This document shows positions 51,310-60,012 of a DNA stretch of 64,000 nucleotides, piece by piece. Position 1 is the first letter of the stretch; the number at the start of each line of letters is the position of its first letter. The position numbers and the translations under genes were made by a program. The notes beneath the pieces are model-generated. The model had not been told where the DNA came from, searched no databases, and saw only the letters and a list, made by a program, of their open reading frames with translations. Origin of the DNA: Salinispira sp. (GTDB lineage: Bacteria; Spirochaetota; Spirochaetia; DSM-27196; Salinispiraceae); the NCBI GenBank assembly GCA_965602015.1, contig OZ271918.1, forward strand, positions 3,552,001 through 3,616,000, in the 5' to 3' direction.

Positions 51310-51565
51310 ATTTCTCTCTCCCTTGTCTCCAGAAACCAGCGCCGAAGATTCGGATATTTTGATTCCTCATGGTAAATCGTACTGTTACGATCCCGCCATT
51401 ATCCAATTGCCCTATACAGAAGAAGCGTTCCTCAGTTTGACTATGCTTATCATCCCGGACGATGATTCGATTCTGGTCAAAGAAAGCATATTGGGCATCG
51501 TTGAATGAGATGTTGTGCTTCTGCTGATTCTCAATATTCTTGTTTTCATCCCACTCAAATGTCAT
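51284..51565 (-). CDS. brnT: BrnT family toxin
   Basis: FEWDENKN..NQQKH.ISF, HSQTEERF, RFT.R, IRI. Confidence 0.9.
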   Translation of the reverse strand: MTFEWDENKNIENQQKHNISFNDAQYAFFDQNRIIVRDDKHSQTEERFFCIGQLDNGGIVTVRFTMRNQNIRIFGAGFWRQGREKYEEQNTLH

Positions 51566-51684
51566 ATTTCAAATATACCATATTTTTAGCCATATACCAA
51601 TATGGTTTGTATTGAAGGCTAATGCGATAGCATAAGGTAAGTCAGTAATTCGGAAAAAATTCTGAATTGGATTAATCTATAGGT

Positions 51685-52710
51685 ATGCTCGCCCTTCAAT
51701 TTAAAATTCTCATTACACTGTCTGAGGTTCTCTGCAAATCCAGGAAGGACCTCATTTTTACATTGCTTGTTTTACGAAAAGAAAATGCGAATCTCCGACG
51801 ACAAATCAGAGAGCGGAAAATCCGGGCCAACAGCAGAGACCGGAGGTTTCTATCTTTGATTGGATCAATATCAAAACGTGCCTTGTCACAGCTATCAATT
51901 GTGTCTCCTGCAACGCTTCTTGCCTGGCAGAAAATGATAATAGCAAAGCGCTGGAAATATAAGCAGCAAAAACCGGGCAGGAAATCGACCCCAAAAGATT
52001 TGAAGAAGCTTATTCTGGAGATGAAACAAGACAATCAGTTATGGGGATGCCAGAGGATCGCAGATGAGCTGAAGAAACTGGATATTGCCATTCATCATAC
52101 TACAGTAAATCGCATCATTCAAACATATAGAAAAGAGTGCAGAATTAAAGCCTCCGGAGCCTGGAGAAAATTCCTGAAGGCACATTAGAATTCGCTCTTC
52201 GCAATGGACTTCATGAGTTTAGATACTATTCTCGGGAAGAGATCGTACCTGTTTTTAATTCTGGAGCTGAAATCCAGGAGAATATGCCAATGGACTGTTA
52301 CCGAACATCCAACGATCGAATTCGTTAAGCAACAAATGATTTATTTCGAAGAATATTGACCTCCAGATGCTGTTCTCATTCACGATAACACCCCGCAATT
52401 TACCCTGGTCGATTTTTCTCTTTATGGCGTTATGTCAAAGAATATAGCTTTGGCAGCGCCGAATATGAATGCATATGTCGAACGAACATTCGGTTCAATC
52501 CGACGAGAATCACTGGATAACTTTCTAATATTCTCGGAAAAGCAGGTTCGAAAAATTCTGTCTGAGTACATTGAATACTATAATCACTTGCGGCCTCATC
52601 AGGGTATAGGTCGTATTCCTGATGGGGGAAGGGAAAAATGTTCTGGTGAGATCAAGAAAGTGCCTGTATTGTCTGGTTTGCACCATCATTATTATCGAAG
52701 CAGCTCATAA
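51685..52710 (+). pseudogene. Integrase-core transposase pseudogene (paralogue of 53572-54597) with internal stops at ~52186 and ~52357
   Basis: Colinear similarity (WGC.RIADEL, FAMDF, APNMNA..ER, RPHQGI, HHHYYRSS). Confidence 0.85.
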
Positions 52711-52818
52711 TATTTAAAAAGCTACGGCACAGGCGTCAAATCTCGTTCAAATATAGCGACTATAAATTACTCCGATCATCCTAAAACTAGCATAATCCAG
52801 CATCGGTATCAAGTGTAT

Positions 52819-53091
52819 TTATTGAACTGCTAAGTCTCTGAAATCCATGTTCAATGCCGCCATTGCTTTAAGATATGTATCGATATTGCAATTTTCACCA
52901 TTCTCAATTTTGCTGATCTGCTGTTGTGTGAGGTGCGCAATGCGAGCGGTTCCAGATTGGGATAACCCTTCATTTTCCCGCTTTCTCGCGATAGCAACGG
53001 CGAGATCGACTCTGAGTTTTTCCGCTTTTACCCTGCTATCAAGTTCCGGGTCGGATTGACGCAGACTCTCTTTAAAATCACTGAATTTCAT
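52819..53091 (-). CDS. XRE-type HTH antitoxin
   Basis: LSQ...A...TQQQISKIENG; overlaps the toxin stop. Confidence 0.85.
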   Translation of the reverse strand: MKFSDFKESLRQSDPELDSRVKAEKLRVDLAVAIARKRENEGLSQSGTARIAHLTQQQISKIENGENCNIDTYLKAMAALNMDFRDLAVQ

Positions 53092-53443
53092 TCTTCAACC
53101 TCTCTATATACTCAGACCTGATATTTTGGGCCCTCTTGATTTCTTTTTCAGGCACCTTTGAGGTATTCTTGATGAAGCGGTGGGTGAGCACAATGCGATT
53201 TTCAAGGATGAAGAAGTATAGAATACGTACCTGATTGTGAGCGACTTTGACTCGCAGTTCATGTATCCCATCCTTGAGAATGTCAGCATATGGTCGAGGC
53301 AGTAATGGACCTTCTTCCTGGAGCTTATCAATCCATGCCAAGACCTTATCACGATGCGACGGCTTGAGTTTTGTTAACCAATCTGCAAGCTCGCAGGAAC
53401 CATTCGTATCAGAATACAGCTCGATATCCCATCGTTTGTCCAC
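53078..53443 (-). CDS. RelE/ParE superfamily toxin (Gp49/DUF891-like)
   Basis: GPLLPRPYAD.L.DGIHELR, RILYFF, H.FIK.T.KVP..EI. Confidence 0.88.
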   Translation of the reverse strand: MDKRWDIELYSDTNGSCELADWLTKLKPSHRDKVLAWIDKLQEEGPLLPRPYADILKDGIHELRVKVAHNQVRILYFFILENRIVLTHRFIKNTSKVPEKEIKRAQNIRSEYIERLKNEIQ

Positions 53444-53495
53444 AAGTTAATTTACATCATAAAAGATGTGATTTCAATCGCTGAAAATCATAAAC

Positions 53496-54620
53496 GCGTG
53501 CTATAGTTTTTTTGACTGCAGACCTGTAATGCAGAAAATTTTCCTCATTCCGAATCTGCGATACTGAAAGTATGTTTCACTTCCTGATAAATCTCCTACG
53601 GGGAGTTCTGTTTCTATCTACTACAAAAAGAAAAGATTTGCTCTTTACTCTTTTGTTACTCCGGAAGGAGAATGAAATCTATCGACGTCATCTGAACCTT
53701 CGGAATGAAAGACTGCAAATGCGACGATCAGACCGGTTATCTCTCTCATTACTGTTGGGATTATCCAAGCGCGTAATTTCGCATCTGACAATTGTAAAAC
53801 CTCGGACACTGCTTGATTGGCAGCGTCAGTTCATCAAGAATTTCTGGACATATAAGCACAAGAAGTCCGGGAGAAAACCTGTTTCAGCAGAGATTAAAAA
53901 TCTGATCCTCGAAATGAAGCTGAATAACCAGATCTGGGGATGTCATCGAATCGCAGATGAACTCAATAAGCTTGAGATTAGACTACATCCGACAACCGTG
54001 AACAGAATCCTTCAAACTCATCGAAAGAACGGAAAGATTCAGTCGGTTGGAAGTTGGAGTAAGTTTCTGAAGATGCACTGGGATTCATTATTTGCCATGG
54101 ATTTCATGACTATTGATACGCTTTTCGGGAAACGACTCTACCTTTTCCTTGTCCTGCAGCTCAAAACCCGGAAGATTGCACACTGGAGTTTGACTGAGTA
54201 CCCGACCAGAGAATATGTGAAGCAGCAGTTGATTGATTTTTCTGAAAGGTATTCCCGTGCTTTGCTGATTCATGATAACGCACCACAGTTTTCAATCGAT
54301 TTTTCACTGTACGGTTTGAAGGGTAAAAACATAGCCATTGCCGCTCCGAATATGAATGCATTTGTCGAACGGGTTTTCGGCTCTGTTCGCAGAGAAGCGC
54401 TGGATCATTTTTTGATTATTTCAACGAAGCAGGTGCTGAATATTCTGAGAGAATACATTGAGTACTACAACTATCAACGCCCGCATCAGGGAATTGATCG
54501 GATTCCAGGTGCCGATAATGAAGTCGGGGACGGTGTAATCAGGAAAAATTCTGTATTATCCGGATTACACCATCATTATTATCGGAGTAGTGCTTAGCAG
54601 TTGAAAAAGCTATAGCACGC
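53496..54620 (+). mobile_element. Insertion sequence with 24-bp terminal IRs encoding an integrase-core (rve) transposase
   Basis: GCGTGCTATAGTTTTTTTGACTGC vs reverse complement of right end GCGTGCTATAGCTTTTTCAACTGC (21/24); no TSD seen. Confidence 0.75.
53572..54597 (+). CDS. Integrase core domain transposase
   Basis: DF...HDN...ER DDE triad, YN.QRPHQGI. Confidence 0.88.
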   Translation: MFHFLINLLRGVLFLSTTKRKDLLFTLLLLRKENEIYRRHLNLRNERLQMRRSDRLSLSLLLGLSKRVISHLTIVKPRTLLDWQRQFIKNFWTYKHKKSGRKPVSAEIKNLILEMKLNNQIWGCHRIADELNKLEIRLHPTTVNRILQTHRKNGKIQSVGSWSKFLKMHWDSLFAMDFMTIDTLFGKRLYLFLVLQLKTRKIAHWSLTEYPTREYVKQQLIDFSERYSRALLIHDNAPQFSIDFSLYGLKGKNIAIAAPNMNAFVERVFGSVRREALDHFLIISTKQVLNILREYIEYYNYQRPHQGIDRIPGADNEVGDGVIRKNSVLSGLHHHYYRSSA

Positions 54621-55990
54621 CAATAAACCAGCTCAATCATAGTCGCATTGTGTTGCATATCAATATTGCTTAATAAAGCTTGAATCTGATCATAGTCAAT
54701 TTGTGTAATCCTTTCTTCAGTCAGTGCTTCATCAGCATCTGAAGCAACAAGCTGGATATCTTCTCTTAAGTCAATTATTTCAACAAATTGGTTGTTCAAT
54801 CGCTCTCTATCAGCTTCCATTGTTTGAGCAAAAATCTCAGCATCTCGATGAATCTGTGAGATTGCATTTGTACTAATAGACTGCAGATTGAATATAATTT
54901 CATTGGATAGACGTTTCTCCTGCCTATCCTGAGGGCGTATTACAAGTGATAGGTTTAACACTGGATAAATATTACCCAATCCAGAATCTCGAATAAGCTC
55001 TGGAAATGTGTTGGCTAAACCAGGGGAGTTGCTGAGTAGCAAATCAGTAGAAAATGAAAGCGATGAGGTATTACCTGTATTTCCCTGGTATCTGGAATCG
55101 ATTAAGTATGTGATCTCCACCGATTGAATCCTGAGGTCATAAATGTTCTGCACCCCTGATCTGACAAGAGCCGTAGAAATATCAGAGGGAGTCCAGTCAC
55201 TTAACAGACCTAATACCACAGCGGTTACCTGATAGCTGGCATAAAACGTGACTGAAAGCTCGCGTAGAGTGTTTTCCTTTTCGAAAAGTTGGTTTTTTGA
55301 TTCTAGTAACTGCAGTCGGGTATTGATGAGATCTATTTCATTGATCTGACCTAACTCTGAGAGTCGATGGTTGTCGCTCAATCTACGCTCTGGTTGTTGA
55401 ACAGAGTTGCGGAGGGACTCAACCTCTACTGTTGCGAGTGAAAGATTCTTCCAGTCCGTAAGAAAATCAGTAAAGAAATTTGTTATCGCAATCTTTCTTT
55501 TCACCTCTGCCCGTTGAGCAAGGAGTTCAGAAAGTGGGAGATTGCTGCGTTCAACTGTAAATATTGGGGTAGAAATGCCAATGCCGACGCCGATCTGTTG
55601 AGATAGGCCTGGCTCAGATTGATTCAAGGCATCTGTGGCAGAAAGTTCATGGGATACCTGTGCTGTTATATTTCCACCATTGGGAGTGGGGCGTGAGAGC
55701 TGGTGTTGGTATGCCAGAGATAGTGGCAATTCCGTTGACCTGTCATTAAAGGCATTGGGTACCGACATATTTAGTATTGAGGGGGCTGAAAAAGCATACT
55801 GAAGTGTCTCCTTTCCTTTTTGGATTTCAGCCTCAGAAAGTGCAATATTGTATTCAAGTTCAATCGTCCGAATCTCCGGTGCATTTTGAAGAACAATGGT
55901 TAAAAGTTCTTCGATTGACCGATGGCTATCCTGCGCAAAACTAAAACTCGATATCAGGATTAAGAGAACAAGCGAAACGTTTTTGATCAT
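54539..55990 (-). CDS. TolC family outer membrane efflux protein (C-terminus supplied by IS sequence)
   Basis: Signal peptide, helical repeats (ELGQINEIDL), operon with HlyD and ABC; last ~24 codons lie inside the IS. Confidence 0.7.
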   Translation of the reverse strand: MIKNVSLVLLILISSFSFAQDSHRSIEELLTIVLQNAPEIRTIELEYNIALSEAEIQKGKETLQYAFSAPSILNMSVPNAFNDRSTELPLSLAYQHQLSRPTPNGGNITAQVSHELSATDALNQSEPGLSQQIGVGIGISTPIFTVERSNLPLSELLAQRAEVKRKIAITNFFTDFLTDWKNLSLATVEVESLRNSVQQPERRLSDNHRLSELGQINEIDLINTRLQLLESKNQLFEKENTLRELSVTFYASYQVTAVVLGLLSDWTPSDISTALVRSGVQNIYDLRIQSVEITYLIDSRYQGNTGNTSSLSFSTDLLLSNSPGLANTFPELIRDSGLGNIYPVLNLSLVIRPQDRQEKRLSNEIIFNLQSISTNAISQIHRDAEIFAQTMEADRERLNNQFVEIIDLREDIQLVASDADEALTEERITQIDYDQIQALLSNIDMQHNATMIELVYWRAIAFSTAKHYSDNNDGVIRIIQNFS

Positions 55991-57153
55991 GTGAGAAAAT
56001 CCAGCTTCTTCAATATTAGACGCAAAATTGTTGTTCGATCGGTTACAATCCTTGCTTCTGCTGCCATTCCAGCCCGCAGAGGAAATACCGTTCCTTCTCT
56101 GTTACTTACTTCATGAGCTGACAGATCAATTTGTGCTCGAAAAACTCTGTCGCCGTTGATATTCAGATCTGACTCGTTCGGAATGTAGGATAGGGTACCC
56201 TTTAACGATTGAAACTCAGAAACAGGAAAGCTCTCGAAACGGAGCACAACCTGCTGGCCAGTTTTAACAACACCGATGTCCTTTTGCTGGATAATAAGCT
56301 CTGCAGTAAAAGAGTCCAAATTTTCTGGAGTGATACGAATTAGCTCTTCATTAGAACCCACAATCTCACCAGGTGAGAATTCTTTAAGAAACTCCACGTT
56401 TCCAGTAATCGGTGCTGTGACTACAGACGCCTCCACATTTTCCAAAGTAGCTGTTTGTTCTTCCTGAAGTCTTGCTAATTGGGTTGAAAGATTCCGAATT
56501 TCAGATATCAGAAGAGCTTCATGTTTTGGGATGTACGCTTGTTTTTGGCTCTCCAGAGCTAAGTATGTGTATCGAAGTTGCTCAACTTCTGATGTGCTGC
56601 GCATTGCAGCCGGTAGCTGGTCGGCTTGAATCCATGCTAGACGCCCATTCTCGGTTTGAGCGGATAATTGGTTGAAAGAATAAAAAATTTCCTGGCTGCG
56701 AGCAAACGCGTAGGTGGATTGATGTGCCAGGTCAGGATTTCCTGCCTGTATCGCTGATAGAATTATTTGATTATCCGCGATGGTTTCCTCAATAGTTTGT
56801 ATCTCTTGGTTTATTCGCTGTAAGGAGGCGAGCAAAGATGTTGCTTCGATTGACCAAAGTAAATCGCCTTTTTGTACATAATCACCATTGTGGACGGCAC
56901 GTTCATTTATTCTTCCCTCCACTTCATTTTTAACCGTGATAATTTCTACTGTTGGACGAAGGATGGCCCTTGCTGGTACCCACTCATCAATCTCTCCGAA
57001 TAATGCCCAAATGAGTCCGATTGAGAAAATGGCGAGGATTGTGTACAGAAAAATAGTGCTGCCTGATTTGACATTCGTGGAGAAAAAGATGCTTGAATGT
57101 TTTAGCTTTTCTAATGGCAGTGTGTTGAATTTCAATTGAGGTACGCCTCCCAC
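55987..57153 (-). CDS. HlyD family secretion membrane fusion protein
   Basis: N-terminal TM, V.KGD.L, APITG.V, LRAGM.AEA.I. Confidence 0.9.
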   Translation of the reverse strand: MGGVPQLKFNTLPLEKLKHSSIFFSTNVKSGSTIFLYTILAIFSIGLIWALFGEIDEWVPARAILRPTVEIITVKNEVEGRINERAVHNGDYVQKGDLLWSIEATSLLASLQRINQEIQTIEETIADNQIILSAIQAGNPDLAHQSTYAFARSQEIFYSFNQLSAQTENGRLAWIQADQLPAAMRSTSEVEQLRYTYLALESQKQAYIPKHEALLISEIRNLSTQLARLQEEQTATLENVEASVVTAPITGNVEFLKEFSPGEIVGSNEELIRITPENLDSFTAELIIQQKDIGVVKTGQQVVLRFESFPVSEFQSLKGTLSYIPNESDLNINGDRVFRAQIDLSAHEVSNREGTVFPLRAGMAAEARIVTDRTTILRLILKKLDFLT

Positions 57154-59281
57154 AGTCGAGAGTATGTTTTACCTGCATTGATTAGTTCTTCATGAGTTCC
57201 AGACTCTTGAACTTCTCCATCTGCCAGGAGGATTATCTGGTCGCATTTATTGATTGAACTCAGTCGGTGGGCCACCATGATAATAGTCATCCCGGTGCGC
57301 TTTAATTCAGAAATCGTCTGATGCAGCTCAAATTCTGAGAATGCATCGAGATTACTGGTTGCCTCATCAAAAATGAGGATATCGGGCTTAGTAACCAATG
57401 CACGTGCAATGGCTATACGCTGCTTTTCCCCTCCAGATAATCCTCCACCTTGTTCTGATAGCTCGGTGTCGTAACGCTGAGGCAGCTCGGAAATAAAGGT
57501 ATGAGCACCACTTCGTTTTGCTGCCTCGATGATCTCCTCCGCGTCAGCTCCCGGGTTCCCAAATGCGATGTTCTCTCGGATCGTTCCACTAAACAGAAAA
57601 ATATCTTGATTGACATAGCCAATCTTCTGTCTGAGGTGTACGGGATCAATATCCTCGATATCAACCTCGTTTATGGAAATTTTTCCACTTTCAGCTTTGT
57701 AAAGCTTCATAATGAGTTTGATTAGAGAAGATTTTCCACTGCCACTTGAGCCGGCGATGCCTACCGTCGAACCACCATTAATTTTGAATGCAATCTTCTT
57801 GAGCACCGTTTTTTTGAGCCGTATCGAAAATCTACATCCCGAAAAACGATATCACCGGATAATTCTTTGGGTTTAATCAACCTTCGGGATTCATCAATTT
57901 CGGTTTCAATATCGAGTATTTCACCGACACGACGAGCGGCTACAAAAGCTTCTTGTAGATTGGGCTGAAGATGGATAAGGTTTTGAAGTGGTCCAAGAAA
58001 ATATCCAATGAGGGCATTGAAGCTTATAAGCTGACCGAGAGAAATTTGATTTCCAAGGATCAAGGTGCTGCCAATCCAAAACAGAAGGTTGCGCCCCCAA
58101 CCATCAATGAGCCCAACAAGAGATTTTTGAATTATACCCATTTTGCTAGCATGATAAACCGGCCATGTTCGCTTCATGATTTTACTTTCAGCCTTATGAT
58201 AACTCTCTACCTCAGCGACCTGAGCTTTTACTGTCGCCATACCAGAAACGGTTTCTACAAGATTTGCCTGACTTTCCGCGTGTCCACCAAGGATTTGTTG
58301 ATATTTTCTTTTGAATGGGCCAGCAAACCCCCATACTATACCTGCGGAGAATGGTACAAACAGCAGTGCTATAAAAAACAGTGTTAGATTTTGTACAGCC
58401 AGGACAATGCCGATGCCGACCACCATGATGGTATCAAAAAACACCGAGAAGGTGGCCGAGGAGAGTGCTTCACGTATTCTCACGGTGTCACTTAGGCGCG
58501 AGAGAATTTCTCCGACCTTCCGTGAATCAAAAAATGAAAGTGGAAGCTTAAATAAATGGCTCAGATATCCTAGACTGATTGATAAATCAACTTTCATGCT
58601 GAATCCCACAAGTAAGCGGGATCGCACGGCTTCAAGCAATACTTGAAGAAGGGTTACCAGCAAAACTCCGATGGAAACCACATTCAGAGTAAGTTGTGAT
58701 TCAGAGAATAAAATATCATCAACCAGTATTCTGAAGTACATGGCACCGGCTATCCCCATGACAGTGATGAGAAGGCTGGCAATTACGGTGTGAAGGATGG
58801 TTTTTTTATGTGGCTGCAGTAATGGAAGAAAACGCTGGAAGAGCCCGAGACTTTCAGAACCCCGCTTAAAATCTGCACTTGGCGAAATGAAGACAACATA
58901 TCCTGTCCAGAGCTTAAGGAAATCTTCGATAGGCGTTTTGATATTTCCATCTGCGGGGTCCGCATAAGTTACTGTTTTTTGTGTTATTTTAGTGACGACG
59001 ACAAAATGAAATAAGCCTTCTTTGCTCAGATGAGCGATAAACGGCGTTTCAAGATCAGGTGTGAGAGCCTCGGCATCACCTTTCAGGGCTTGTGCATCGA
59101 AACCAATCCGTTCAGCAGACTCGATTAACCCTTTTAAATTTGTACTGTTCTTATCCGTACCAGCCCATTCCCGTGCTTGGGTAAGCGAAATGCGCTTCCC
59201 GTGATAGTTGGCAATCATGGTAATGCAGGCTGGACCGCAATCTGAGGAATCAAACTGTTTAATAAGCTTTACTCGGGACAT
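57132..59281 (-). CDS. Peptidase C39-containing ABC transporter (PCAT), split by a frameshift at the T7 run 57809-57815
   Basis: QFDSSDCGPAC, HFVV, DP catalytic residues + TMD in ORF 57761-59281; NBD (GSSGSGKS, LSGGEKQR, DEATS) in ORF 57132-57806. Confidence 0.88.
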
Positions 59282-59559
59282 TATTGAGTCAAAACCTTTG
59301 AAATATGAGTTGCGAATTGTTGTTGATCTTCCCTGCTGGGGTTTAATCCATAGGCTTTTTTTATGGCTGATTCTAAACTGACAATTGCAGCAATGCTCCA
59401 GCCATATCTTTTTGCCTGGGCGTATGCTTCTACCGGCTTTATATACATTCCATTGTTTATTAGTACAGAGAGTGCAGTTTCGACTTTTTTTGAACTCCAG
59501 TTAGAATCTGGTGCGATCTTGTTTGGTACAGCAGAGTTCAAATATTCAATTAAGTCCAT
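59281..59559 (-). CDS. Hypothetical 92-aa protein translationally coupled (TAATG) to the PCAT
   Basis: Stop/start overlap; TATCAT-N5-ATG. Confidence 0.65.
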   Translation of the reverse strand: MDLIEYLNSAVPNKIAPDSNWSSKKVETALSVLINNGMYIKPVEAYAQAKRYGWSIAAIVSLESAIKKAYGLNPSREDQQQFATHISKVLTQ

Positions 59560-59652
59560 ATCTGATGATACATTGGAATTTCGTATTGGGTCAATGAATT
59601 GGTTTTATCCGGAAAAATTTCCACATTCCAGAAGCATATTTATAATTGAAAA

Positions 59653-59723
59653 GGCGTCAATACTGGCGTCAGTAGCCAATTGACGCCAATAAAAAAGGAG
59701 TTTGGCCAAATGACCAAACTCCT
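59653..59723. repeat. Distal arm of junction C: GGCGTCAATACTGGCGTCA, inverted TGACGCCA, and terminator hairpin AGGAGTTTGG/CCAAACTCCT
   Basis: Motif shared with 48696, 51038, 59908 and 62828. Confidence 0.75.
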
Positions 59724-59750
59724 AATCTCTTCCCCCGAAAGGGATTATGT

Positions 59751-59803
59751 TGCCCAGAAGAGGACTTGAACCTCCACGGGGTTGCCCCCACTAGAACCTG
59801 AAT
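59751..59803 (-). pseudogene. tRNA-Leu(CAG) 3' half (anticodon loop to discriminator), att core of junction C
   Basis: Minus strand ATTCAGGTTCTAGTGGGGGCAACCCCGTGGAGGTTCAAGTCCTCTTCTGGGCA: CAG loop, long variable arm, GTTCAA T-loop; 5' half absent. Confidence 0.9.
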
Positions 59804-60012
59804 TATGTGCATGTCCTTATGTTGTCCATATACAGCTGTATATAGCCGCATAACAGGAACTTATGTCGTCCCCCGTCCATATGAAGCTTCTGGGCTTATA
59901 TAATAATGGCATCAATACTGGCATCAGTGTTGTGCTTTTTGAAGTAAGCTTCAGTTCGTGCTAGCATATAATTAACTATATTTCGGGTCGCTTTATTTGA
60001 ACGAGGATATTA

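Noticed and set aside
59751..59840. Intact tRNA-Leu gene
   Set aside because: Only anticodon loop to 3' end is present; the upstream sequence cannot form the D-arm or the 5' acceptor strand.
48287..59926. CRISPR array or classical integron attC array
   Set aside because: Repeats are 180-430 bp, kilobases apart and tRNA-derived; no repeat-spacer periodicity, cas genes, intI or RYYYAAC/GTTRRRY attC structure seen.
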